This document shows positions 37,401 to 50,030 of a stretch of 64,000 bases of DNA, in pieces. The position numbers were made by a program, and so were the translations under genes. The notes beneath the pieces are model-generated. The model was not told where the DNA came from and did no database searches. It saw nothing but the letters and a program-made list of their open reading frames with translations. The stretch's first letter is position 1. Each line of letters starts with the position of its first letter. Origin of the DNA: Octopus vulgaris (lineage: Eukaryota); NCBI GenBank assembly GCA_951406725.2, contig OX597818.1, forward strand, positions 131,750,001 through 131,814,000, written 5' to 3'.

Positions 37401-40293
37401 TAATACTTTCTTTTCATAATATATACACAGAATTAAATAGCTTCTCCAACTTCATAAATAAATTTTAAATTCTTTAATCATTTTTTTCTCATTTATTTTT
37501 CTAATCAAAATAAGTCTATAAATTATTTATGATTCCTTCCCCTTTCTTCATATATTTCACAATAGTACAAATTTTTACTAAGTATTTAATTAGGATGTAT
37601 TTTCTCAATACATACAAATACTAAGATGAAAACATACCATGTGTCAAAATAGCTTCATTTCTATTTATATTTTCTCAAAAATATGGAAATACTTTGGCAA
37701 AAGATGGAAGGAATATGCTTTAAATTAATAAATATATGAAATAAATCCTTATTTCATTAATTTCAAATGGATAGCATAAAATATTCATGCAATTTTAACT
37801 GTGTTAAAAGCTTTAGAAATTTTAATATTTCTATTTGATAATCAGAAGGCTGTATAGCAAATCAGAATATTATTATTATTATTATAATTATTTTACTTTT
37901 TTTTTTAGGCTTAAGAATATTTCATGTAAACTACCTCAATTGTGACGCAGAATATTTGAATGATAGTATATCCCCTCTCTGCAGCAGTGGCTGCTGTACT
38001 GTTCAGATGATATAATACTAAAAATGCAGACTGAAGATTTCAGACCATATAAGGGACATTACATCAGCATTGGCCGTAATTTGCATAGGAATTACTCGTT
38101 ATCTCATCCATTACATGAAGGAAAGGAGAGGTTCTTCTAACATAAATGCACAGAGTAAAGCTTATCTCCCCATACACTGAACAATACAGCAGGCTGGAAA
38201 ATGAAAGAAAGAAAATACTTGAAGAAGAAAAAAAAGGAAAATGTAACACTTCACCAACAAATATTTCAATAAATTTATTTTATTTTCAAAGAGATTTAAA
38301 AATATACATATAGCAAAATGCATAAAAAATTCATTCATTTATAGATGGTGAAAATTGCTAGTGTGGCAGCAGTTGAATAAAAAGAAGAGACATTTTTACA
38401 TTTGTTATTTTAAAATATTTTTCAAATGAAAATAATCCAGGCTAGAAATAAATAAGATATAAAATCAAAGTCAAAAGGCAAACAAAAGTAAAATTTCCAA
38501 GAACAAAATAAATTTGAAAAGAAAACTATACAAGTTTCCATTTTATTTTAATCTGTATTAATTTATGTTGAATTTACTGATGCTGGCTCTATTTTCCAAC
38601 TGTAAAAGAGCATTACTTTGTTTGAAGGGTTAATTTGCATATTATATTAGCAAGTAAATCGGTTCTCATACAGAGAATTTTACATTTTTTTAAAGGGGAT
38701 GAAATGCAAAATAGTTTCTTATGACACCAAAGATACTTTTCTTTTTGTCACCTTGGGGATAACAAAACTAGCAGCAGAATCAGCTGCTAAATTCCATGTT
38801 CTCCTAAAGAAGTTTTCTAAGAATTGTAATTTGGAAATAGTATCAATATTACTCATTGACAATGGTTTCATGCACACACACATGCATGTAATTTTTATAT
38901 ATGCACACAACACACCCACATGTATTTGCTCCCTTTCTTCTTCACACAAATGTACACACCTAACATACATACACAAACATATTTACATACATACACACAC
39001 ACCATGCATGTGCATACACACACACAATGAGTTATATTCCTCTCACTTCTTAGTTAAAATTTTCCTTTTATTTAGAGGGGCAGGTTTTCCACATGTCATT
39101 ATAGATTCTTTTTTATTACTTTTATGCAAAGGCCAATGTATTTTAAAGTATATAATCAATACTGAATTTAAGAGCAGCAAGTCAATGTATATTAAAAACA
39201 AAAAAAACTGCATGTAATTTTGTGTGTGTGTGTGTGTGTGTATGAGAGAGACAGAGAGAAAGAGATTCCGATATTTAGAGTGTTTTAGTGAAGCAACTTC
39301 AAAATGATATCTCCTCATTGGTCACATACATAAAATACATATTCAACACAAGTAATGTCAATATTTATGCTGTATAATATGTACTTCAGGAAATATCTTT
39401 GAAATAATATAGGATAACAGAGTTTATATATATATATATAGAAGGTATAGGTAAAATTGCACACACATACACACACACATATATATATATATATACGCAC
39501 CTTTGTATCTTACACAAGCACACTAACATTTATGAACTTTCATTAGTTTGCAGATCTTACTCACTCAACACTGACAATGAAGAGAAACAGAATCCATTGT
39601 ATTGATTCCAGTATTTGAGTATAGCTTATTTAGATTGAACAAGGAAAAATAAGGAAAGGTGAAAATCAAAGCTCACTTCAGTGGGATTAGAACTTTGAAC
39701 TTAAAGATATGTAATCAAATATCACAACGTACATTGTCTGAAGCCATATCAAGTTTGCTATCCTCTGCTCAAAATACTAACTTTCTAACATAAATATTTT
39801 CTTGGAATAAATTTATGCTTATATAAATACCACTAACTTCAAATGTGAATCTTTCGAGATATACAATAAATATTTGCAAGTGTATATTTTAAGACTGTAT
39901 ATTGTAAATACATATGTAATCTGTGTTGTTTGTAAGTACATGAGTGTGTGTTTGCATATGAATACATGTATACATACGCAAGAACTCCTGCTCAAGCAAT
40001 CATTTATAAGATGTTATGCATGTATTTTCCAATGTTGATAGAAGTTGGATGGTTTTGCAAATTGAAATGTTTGGAGTGTCTTACATTCATAAAGCTAACA
40101 ACTGAACCCAACAAATTCTGAAATGTAGTAATATATTTAAAAGCACTGCATAAGCTAGAGCTTTCACATTGATATAATGCCAAGCTAATTAAAATAGAAG
40201 ACCAGCACAGTTATCCAGAAAGCCCTTTTAGCATGCTAAAATGAACCCTAACATTCATAGATGTTTCTCCCTAGTCAGTACATTTAATAAGTA

Positions 40294-40560
40294 CATCATC
40301 ATCATCATTGTTCGACCGTGGTCGAGACAATGGAATTTACCATGCTACGCCAGACTTCACGGTCCATCATGGCATTACGGAGGTCCTGTTGCTGGTTGCC
40401 TGTATCCCTGGAGATTACATCAGGGTAGGAGAGTGTGCGCCCTCTGGTATTGCGAGTAGATGGCTTCCAGAGGAGAAGAGCAGAAATTACCTCTTTTTCA
40501 GCTCTACAACAACGTCCAGCAAACTGACTAGACAACAACCAAACGAGATGGCCAGCAAAT
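40294..40560 (-). mobile_element. RTE LINE 3' end (5'-truncated)
   Basis: ORF ...AGRCCRAEKEVISALLLWKP...AMMDREVWRSMV...; (TGA)n tail; same family as 5124-5262. Confidence 0.9.
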
Positions 40561-40718
40561 AAGGAAACCCTCAATAAAAACACTGATAACTGTCAACTTA
40601 AAATCATTGTTTAGCCTCAGATCAATGTTGACTAAGCAAAAAAACATTCTAACCATGACCATCACATCTTTGAAACATATCTAGAACTACTTTATCCAAT
40701 ATGTCATTCCATGTTTAA

Positions 40719-40924
40719 CCCTTTAGTGTTCTGATTATTCAATCAAACATAATGCCTATTGATTCCCATTGATTTGAATTAATCATGCATTATCTCATAT
40801 CTTCAAGATCTTGATGGTGTAATTACTTAATGTAGAATAACATTGTAGGGTAGGTGTGAGAGCCTGGATCTGGTCAGTTTGAACATAAAACAGATTAGAA
40901 ATGGCCGGTTTAATTACTAAAGGG
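40719..40924. mobile_element. piggyBac-type MITE, family B
   Basis: TTAA-CCCTTTAG...CTAAAGGG-TTAA. Confidence 0.9.
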
Positions 40925-41337
40925 TTAAGACAGTGAGTTTGATTTGGTTGCTATTCCTCACAAACGAAGAAGGTATTTAAAGGTTTTCTTAATAGCTGAT
41001 ATTCCTTCAGTTTGATTCTCTACTACAGCTGCTGTCCATTCACTTAGACTCACTTAAACTGTCTCACCTTTTATTAGCCTCACTACATTGACTTTTTAAA
41101 CTATCATACAAAACACTTGACCCAATGTTTCTGGTTCTCAAACTCCCTATTTCTCAAACTCTTTCCTCAACAGTATTTTCCTTTTCATTTTCTTTTCAGC
41201 AATGAACCAAAATCAGCCAAACTAACTTTACCTAGCTATCTCAGTTTATCAGAATTGGATGGCTTTAAAAAGGTTATAGGTGAATAGCACCCGTCAAAGC
41301 AAGAAATACAACACTTCTATGAGCACTTGCTATTTAA

Positions 41338-41558
41338 CCCTTTAGTGTTCACATTATTCTGCTAAAATTAATGCTTTTTTATCCACATTGTTTTGAACTA
41401 ATCAGGCATTATCTTGTAGTTATGAGAATTTGATGAGGTAGCTGTTAATTTTTAAAACGATATTGTAGGGTTGGTATGAGAGACCAGATCTGGTCAGTTT
41501 GAACATAAAATAGGCAGAATACTTTTGGCTGGATATGGCCGGTTTAAATGCTAAAGGG
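41338..41558. mobile_element. piggyBac-type MITE, family B
   Basis: TTAA-CCCTTTAG...CTAAAGGG-TTAA; same subfamily as 60017-60237. Confidence 0.9.
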
Positions 41559-41611
41559 TTAAACCAGGCTATGGCTGGCAAGGAACAAGAAATTACTATT
41601 TTGATGAGATG

Positions 41612-41780
41612 GAGACAAGCATGGCTGTATGTTTAAGCAGTTTGCTTCACAACCATATGGCTTTATGTTCAGTCCCACTTTGTGGCACATGGGCAAGTGT
41701 CTTCTACTACTGTCTCAGGTTACTCAATTTCATGTGACTGGAATTAGTTGATGGAAACTGCATGGAAGCTCATTATATAT
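41612..41780 (+). mobile_element. SINE S1 head (host of the mariner insertion)
   Basis: S1 head ending in (TA)n; the (TG)n part resumes after the mariner at about 43673. Confidence 0.78.
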
Positions 41781-41785
41781 ATATA

Positions 41786-42179
41786 CAAGGTTAAGTCAAA
41801 AATTACACACACGTGTTTCTGTAATTTATTAAAGCAAAAGTATATTTCTCGACATAGTCTCCTTGTTTTTTGATGCACTTCTTCCAGCAGTCAACAAACT
41901 TGCTTATTCCATTGAAGAAGAAGGTTTTTGACTGGTCAAGCAGCAATTTATGTACCACTTCCTGTGCTTCTTCATCTGTAGCAAATCAAAGACGTTGTTA
42001 ATGATGTTTGAATAGGCACAGGAGTAGCTGTGTGGTAAGTAGCTTGCTAACCAACCACATGGTTCCGGGTTCAGTCCCACTGCGTGGCACCTTGGGCAAG
42101 TGTCTTCTGCTATAGCCCCGGGCCGACCAATGCCTTGTGAGTGAATTTGGTAGATGGAAACTGAAAGAAGCCCGTCGTA

Positions 42180-42210
<31 letters not shown>

Positions 42211-42393
42211 GCGTGTGTGTGTTTGTGTGTCTGTGTTTGTCCCCCTAGCATTGCTTGACAACCGATGCTGGTGTGTTTACATCCCCGTCACTTAGCGTCA
42301 CTGCGTGGCATCTTGGGCAAGTGTCTTCTGCTATAGCCCCGGGCCGACCAATGCCTTGTGAGTGGATTTGGTAGATGTGAAAGAAGCCGTGTA

Positions 42394-42442
<49 letters not shown>

Positions 42443-43672
42443 TTGTGTGTCTGTGTTTGTCCCCCTAGCATTGCTTGACAACCGATGCTGGTGTGTTTAC
42501 GTCCCCGTCACTTAGCGGTTCGGCAAAAGAGACCGATAGAATAAGTACTGGGCTTACAAAGAATAAGTCCCGGGGTCGATTTGCTCGACTCAAGGCGGTG
42601 CTCCAGCATGGCCGCAGTCAAATGACTGAAACAAGTAAAAGAGTCCAAAAAGGTGATAGTTGGAAGGGGCAAGGTCCTTAACTGTACGCAGGGTTTTCTA
42701 GCAAATCGAAACCAAATTTTTCAATGGTTTCAATAGTCTGGGTGTGCATTGTTGTGCAAAAATAACACTTGCTTTGACAATAAACCTTGGCATTTGGTAC
42801 AAATTGCTGCTTTCAGTTTGTTGGCCAGTATTTAACTATAGCCTACACTGGTGACTGTAGACTCCCTTTTCAGGTAATGTTGCAGTATAGGCCCTTTTGC
42901 ATCCCAAAAAATGGTTAGCATCACTTTTGCGGTGGAAGGCTGAGTTGTGAATTTATCTTTTGCTGGCAATTCCGGGTGTTTCCACTCCATGCTCAGCCTT
43001 TTAGATTCTGACTCGAAGTGATAGATCCAGGTCTTATCTCCTGTAACTGTTTTCTCTAAAAAAGCATCACCATCATCATTGTAGTGGTCAAGTAAGTGTT
43101 AACAGATCTCCACATGTTTGCACTTATACTCTATGGTAAGCTCTTTGACACCCATTTTACACAAACTTTATGGATGCAGAGTTTGATGTGGATGATTTCG
43201 TATACAGAGCCATAACTAATTTGCATGACTAATTTTTGACCTCATTAAATGGTCACTCATCTGTTAGCCAGAACCAACTCTTGAGCTTGTTCAATCTTCA
43301 TGTTAGTGATGGAAGTGGATGAAGGTCTTGCTACCTCTTCGTGCTTCACACTTGTCTAGCCATTTTTAAACTTCTCGATCCATTTATACACATTTCTGCA
43401 TGGTAGAGCACTGTCTTTGTATTGCACTGAAAGCCTGTGATGAACTTCAGCCCTTGACATATCTCAGACCAGAGAAATCAGATCACTGATCTCTGTTCTG
43501 TCTTGATGCACACTGCAAGTGGAGTATCTATGTTCACTCTGTAACACAAGAAAGAAAACTGGAGCAATCAAAACCAAATATCAGTTATGCAACCACAAAA
43601 GTTTCACCTTTCAGCATGCAAGTGCTGAAGGCAGTTTTGACGTAAGTGCAGATAATTTTTGACTTTCCCTTT
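41786..43672 (-). mobile_element. Near full-length mariner (DD34D) relic with both TIRs, split by a SINE
   Basis: TIRs caaggttaagtcaaaaatta / taatttttgactttccctt. Motifs TGDKTWIYHF, SMEWKHP, LHNNAHP, YS..DLAPSNYHLFG, WKKCIKKQGDYVEK. About 1.26 kb once the SINE is removed. Confidence 0.92.
42015..42644 (+). mobile_element. SINE S1 with an internal tandem duplication of about 220 bp
   Basis: The segment cactgcgtggc...gtcacttagcg occurs twice (about 42078-42297 and 42299-42517). Confidence 0.92.
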
Positions 43673-44159
43673 TGTGTGTGTGTGCATGCAACAGCGAAAT
43701 TAGTTTTTTTCTGTTATAATATCATAAATTATATAATCATTACACATATTTTACTAATGAATACTAGTATATTGTGCAAAAGTCATTACATAAACACTTG
43801 CATAATCATATAGAAAATAGTAATTTAATTCAATCGGTTAGTTGGTAGTGCTAAATAAGAATAGTTCTTCTTTAGCTCTGTCAACCAAATAAGGTTGAGA
43901 AATCACAATGGTTTAAATCACTATTTTCTTCTGAAAATGTTGCGTTTAAATGTGACTATGGAGTTATCTATATAAGGATTACAGTATGACATGCTAGTAT
44001 ACACTAATGAAACAAATGTAACGATTACACAATTTATCATACAATAAAAAGACAAACTAGTTCTCTTCTTTTGCTTTATTCTGCTCTCAGATATACACTG
44101 TATAAATTATTCAAAAGTATTGAATACCAAAGGAAAACTGGAAGACGAATTATGTTTAA

Positions 44160-44378
44160 CCCTTTAGTATTTAAACCGGCCATATCCGGCCAAAATAGTT
44201 AATCTGTGTTATGTTCAAACTAACCAGATCCAGGCTCTCACACCTACCCTACAATGTTATTCTACATTAAGTAATTACGCCATCAAGATCTTGAAGATAT
44301 GAGATAATGCATGATTAATTCAAATTCATGGGAATCAATAGGCATTATGTTTGATTGAATAATCAGAACACTAAAGGG
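44160..44378. mobile_element. piggyBac-type MITE, family B, inverted relative to 40719-40924
   Basis: TTAA-flanked; its reverse complement is nearly identical to the 40719 copy. Confidence 0.9.
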
Positions 44379-47300
44379 TTAATACCTCACTGAAACTTGA
44401 ATATAAAAGGATTTAAATAGAGTTCTAAGCATTGGTTAACCATTATGCTATCTTATTTGAAATAGCAATGCTTTACAATGTGTGTGTTTGTGGAGGGATG
44501 GAGTTGTCACATGCGACTGCCTGAATGAAAACAAAAAATAAGAAACATTACTGTGTTTATATTCCTAATGAACATTACATTTGCTGCTCTGAACTCATGA
44601 AGTACTTGAATAAAGAAAATATCCCTTGTAACAAAAGTAAGGGTTAGCAATAGGAAATGCATAGGACCATAAAAACACTGCCACAAAAAAGTATCCATCC
44701 AACCCCAGAAAGCATAGAAAATTGAATGTAAAACAAACGAATGAACATATTAACTATTCTGTAGAAGACAATCTAAGCTGAGACAAAACTGCACAGATAG
44801 CTAATTTTTAAAATTTCACTTTTACAGTTTCTATTGGATTTGTGATATCCAAGTGCATTTCACTTAATCACAGCACTTACTGGAAGAGTGAGAGGAGAAA
44901 AGTGAGAATAGGAAGGTAGTGATGAAGAATATAAAATTTTGGAAAATAGCAGAAAAGACAGTAATGGAATGGGAGAAAGATACCAAAAGGTACATAATTA
45001 AACAAATATAGAACTCAAACCTGATTTAAGAAAGCCTAGAGAAATGACAGAGAAATGGAACATTGCTTTGCTATATGAATACAGATTTATTTCTGTCATC
45101 ATTTGTAATATCCTTCATAAATACACAATCTGTAGGTGATATAATTTTTTTTCCTTTTTTTCTTAATAGTTCATTATAGCAGCCATAAATAAATTTCCAG
45201 ATAGCAAATATAATTAATGTTATTGAAAAGAATATGAAAATTGTAAATTTACATAACTAAATCTACTATATTACAATTTGAACTCAACAAAAGCTCTGTT
45301 ATATATAATAAAATTTTGCTATTATTTTAATCAAATTTCTGCATAAAAGCAATTCATTACTAATTTGAAAAGAAAATAAAACAACTAAATTTCATTTCAT
45401 TCAATCACCACTCTGGAAAAAATAAGTAAATAAATAGAAGTTTAATTGAATAAAATTTTTAAATCTTCAAATAATGAATAAAATTTCTTCCTGCTCTGTA
45501 GTTTAATATGTTTATCAAAGAAAAATAGATAAATAAAAGAATAGAGTCTTTGCTTGACTGCATCTGACAAAAAAAAAATCTGATTTTGCCTGAAATAAAG
45601 CCATAATGAAACTCTAGCTTCATATCATAACCTTTCTTGGAGTTTTAATATGTTTAATGAGATTTCTAAAGATCTGTTACATTAATTGACAATAAATAAA
45701 CTATACCAACCAGTTCCCTACAATCAATACAAGTTACTAATTTACAATTATAACAATCAAAAGTATAATTCATATTTCATTTGCATATGTATATTTTGCA
45801 CTGGACTTCTACATTCATTTACTCATATGATTTAGATCTATCTAAATTGGCTCAATTCATTTCATTTCATTTGGGTTTGAGTCCATGCTCAGGCCAAGTC
45901 GAAGACTCCACCCTATTTACAATTCAAAGTAATTTAAGCCCCCAAGTAAAAAAATATAACACTGACTGAAGTTATGTTTCCCAGGTGATTATATTTCTAT
46001 CAACATTGTATTTCTGTTACTGCAATACCAACCAACTACAATCAATACATAATTGCTTCCAGAATCAAATGCAAATTTGGATTATCAGACAAAAATTAAT
46101 GAGCTACAATGTTAAATTTAATTTGATCCATTTTATCCAAGATTCAGCCTGGTGTTGCATTGCTTATGAAATATGTAAATAGAAAGGTATTGCAAAAAAA
46201 AAAAAAAAAAAAGCGAATATTTAAATTAAATACAGTGATGTGAGCAATAAAATAAAGTATGTTTATGTTTTTATTAATTCAACATCTTAACGAAATATTG
46301 GGATATGATGTAATTTTTGATTATCATGGAATAATAGACTGAATGGCAATCATTATCAAAATGAGAGAAGATATAAACATTACAAAAATTATGCCATTAA
46401 AGAAAGGAATCAAAATAAAATATTTGAAAAATTTGCTAAAATTCTCATTTACATATAAAACACTTTAGAGTTTAGATTTTGTTTAGTCTTCTTATTCTTC
46501 AGTCCATGTAAAGCAATGTAATGCTATATTGTATATGAACAATTTTAATTAAAACGAGTTTTTTCTCTCTCTCTCTCTTTCTCTTTTCAGTTCCTTCAAT
46601 AATTTTGGAAATAAAACAATATTGGTAGTTTGAGATATAAAAGAAAATCTAAATTTTAAATCAATCTTCACTATGAATATGTCTTTACTACTACTTTATC
46701 ATTTGTTTTTATTTAAGGAAAAGGGTGAAATATTATAAATGCCAAAGGATGTATACATTTGCTTTTGGTTTCAATCAATAGAAGATGGAATTTCTCAGTA
46801 CAGAAATGTACTATTTCTCCAAATGCACAAATATTTCAGACTAAATCTTGTATGAAATTTATATAATATAACGATTAAAATTCTTTTGTCCAAACAATGC
46901 AATGACACCATTTTTTTTTAGTCAAACTGCAAACCATAAAAATCATTCATAATAATTTGTGAGCCTAACCAAATTATAACAGAAATATATTCATTCAACA
47001 GATAAACATGGAAGTCATATGTGTAATGATTAATGAAAAGTTGAATTTTTTTAGCATTTAGTTCAAACAACCTGGAAGAAATTAACAAAAAAGCATCAAG
47101 AAATATTCTTGTAAATGGTGTGAATTATGGACATATTTACATTAATGTCATTAAAATTCTGACATAAGACAATGGAAAAAAATCATGCCTCATGACAAGA
47201 AAGAGTGTTTCAGAGAAGCAATTTTTAATAAAAGTAATTGGGTAATAATCAAAAGAACAATGTTATTACATTGGCTTTGGTCAGGGTGGGATGACAAGTA

Positions 47301-47724
47301 TGATATCCCTGTTTTCCTTCTCATCATAAACTTCTAATGTTATAAAATGATACTGATATTTATTTTCAGGCTAGATGATCTGATACACCTAAAATATTTC
47401 GACTAAGTACACAATAGTGTATGTAGAAAACAGACTCAGCATGTCTTTCATGAAACCAACATGACACAGAATTGATGAGATGTTAAATCTATGAAACAAT
47501 GATATACTACAGCTGGACTGTTTATAATAAGTTTTAAGGAATTATTTCGGTGCTTTATTTCTGCATGGTTTTGATAGCTAACAAGAGTTAATAAATAATA
47601 CATAACTTTATTTTGAAGCATGTAATTGAATATCTTGTAATTAAAGGACTGGTCAGATAGACAGGCATCACTGGTCCTTATCCAACATCTTAATCTCTGA
47701 CATGATGACTTCAAGTGTTTCACA

Positions 47725-48150
47725 ACTGTACCCCTACTTCAGCTGATGGGCTAAACTAATTGAGAGGATGATGTTAACAATGCACCAGTAAGTGAAAGAT
47801 TCCAGGTAAGATTTCCAAAGGAGTCACCAGCTAAGGCAGAGGAATTTGCTTGTGCCAGCAACGTAATGTTCAGGGCTGAAACATGTCTCAGGTAGAGGTA
47901 TATGGTTGTGGGTAACAGCTTGGGGAGGAATGGGCACTGTCAAGCTTACTTGTCCACGATACACATTCGTGATGATGACAACCAGACCAGAACCCATACC
48001 ATACTGGTCATCAACCAAGTTAACATCAAAGAGTGGACAGGTCTCAATTTTGCTGACTAACAGAGAGCAGCAGAAGACTAAGAGAAATGGCAAAATCTGG
48101 TTCTGATATCATCAATGGATGCCCCAACAGCTACATGGTCAAGGGATAGA
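47725..48150 (+). mobile_element. RTE-derived element: non-coding 5' part joined to an RTE 3' end
   Basis: 48020-48150 encodes NIKEWTGLNFAD*QRAAED*EKWQNLV, an RTE ORF C-terminus; the upstream GC-richer part is non-coding. Confidence 0.6.
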
Positions 48151-48389
48151 ATGGAAAGAATAAGGCCCACATGAAAACAGCTTGAGATTATATATGTATG
48201 TAATTTAATCTCAAAAATAAACAGTATCATTTTTGAAAGATTTTTTCCAGAAACAAAGTCAATTGATGCACTTAAATCTAGTATTTACTAGTTGTGCCTT
48301 GTACAGTTTTTAATGATTTAACCTGTCTGATACTGCACTAATGAGAACAGATAAAACAGTAAAATGAGGGATGTCAATTTACTTTTGAG

Positions 48390-48404
48390 ATGTGTGTATA
48401 TATG

Positions 48405-48446
<42 letters not shown>

Positions 48447-49344
48447 TATATATATATACATAAATATAAATGTATTTAAAGATACATATACATATGTAAA
48501 TAAAAATATATATATAAATATATATATACACACAAATATATACATATATATATATCAATAAATATATATGAGAAATATATATATGTATAAAAAATATATA
48601 TATATTAAAATAGTTATAAAAATATATATGCATAGATAAATATATATATATAAATAAATACATATGTGTGTGTGTATAATAAATATATATATGTATATAC
48701 AAATATATATATACAAATATATATATATATATATAATAAATATAAATAAATATATATGTGTGTGTATAATAAATATATATATGTATACACAAATATATAT
48801 ATATATATATATATATAATAAATATAAATAAATATATATGTGTGTATAATAAATATATATATGTATATACAAATATATATATATATATATGTATATATAA
48901 ATATACATATATGTATATATGAATATATAATTGTATATATAAATATATATGTATATAATTAAGAGAAATAACCTCTATTAAGTATTCTATAGTGAAATAC
49001 ATTATATTGTATAGAAAAAATTTAAACATACTATAATAAATATTCAAAAAATCATTAAATTAAATAAACATTAAATTGACTACGCTCGTTTCCTGACTAT
49101 ATCTTCCACTATTGAATTACTTAATAGAGGTTATTTCTCTTAATTATATAAATATATTATATGTTGTAAAATTTGATTTAGAATTGCTAAATTGAATTCT
49201 TCTCTGTAAGTTTGGAATTATATTCCCTACTATTATTATTAATGATAATATTACTCTTTATATATGCATATATAAATATATATATGCCTATATATAAATA
49301 CATAAATGTGCATATTAATATATGTATACATAAATATATGTGTG

Positions 49345-49420
<76 letters not shown>

Positions 49421-49805
49421 GTATATATAAATATATGTGTGTGTGTATATATATATATATAATATATATATAAATATATATATGTATATATAAATATATG
49501 TGTGTGTGTATATATATATATATAAATATATATATATGTACATATAAATATATCTGTATATATATATGTGTATATATATGTATATATAAATACATATGTG
49601 TATATATATATATATATATGTGTATATATATGTATATATAAATACATATGTGTGTATATATATATATATATGTGTATATAAATATATATATATATATAAA
49701 TATATATGTGTATACATATATATATGTATGTATATATATATATATATATAAATATATATGTGTATACATATATATATGTATGTATATATATATATATATA
49801 TATAA
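48390..49805. repeat. Large compound (TA)n-derived block with higher-order repeats
   Basis: Direct periodicity; interrupted by 48952-49240. Confidence 0.93.
48952..49240. mobile_element. (TA)n-embedded inverted-arm element with a 3' half hammerhead on the minus strand
   Basis: Inverted arms 48952-48994 / 49107-49150; the minus strand reads atagtcag-GAAAC-GAGC-GTA-gtcaatt at 49074-49100. Confidence 0.62.
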
Positions 49806-50030
49806 ATGAATATAGGGAGATGTACTTGCATAGCAAGTGACCTGATCTCAGATCGTGTGCTGGAATGAAAACAATTGCAGCATGGAAGGTGTTTATAAAC
49901 CATTTAAGAAATACACAGAATCCGTTAGATTCACTTCAACATTTAAGTTTAATTTGCCAAAATATTTTTCTCGCTTTGAGACTGTGACCTTTTCACTGAC
50001 AAAATTCCCTGCTGCATCTCATTTTGTCAG

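Noticed and set aside
37930-37940. let-7-like tgaggtagtt on the minus strand (ctacctca on plus)
   Set aside because: Only about 9 nt match and there is no precursor hairpin; expected by chance.
38058-38115. SECIS-like ATGA...TGA stem on the minus strand
   Set aside because: Helix II pairs poorly, the apical AA is misplaced, and no selenoprotein exon is visible.
38699-39217. 172-aa ORF
   Set aside because: Low-complexity CA-rich middle, no recognisable domain, and no supporting splice structure.
41786-43672. Functional or domesticated transposase (also 13320-14337 and 19810-20575)
   Set aside because: Multiple stops, frameshifts and nested insertions.
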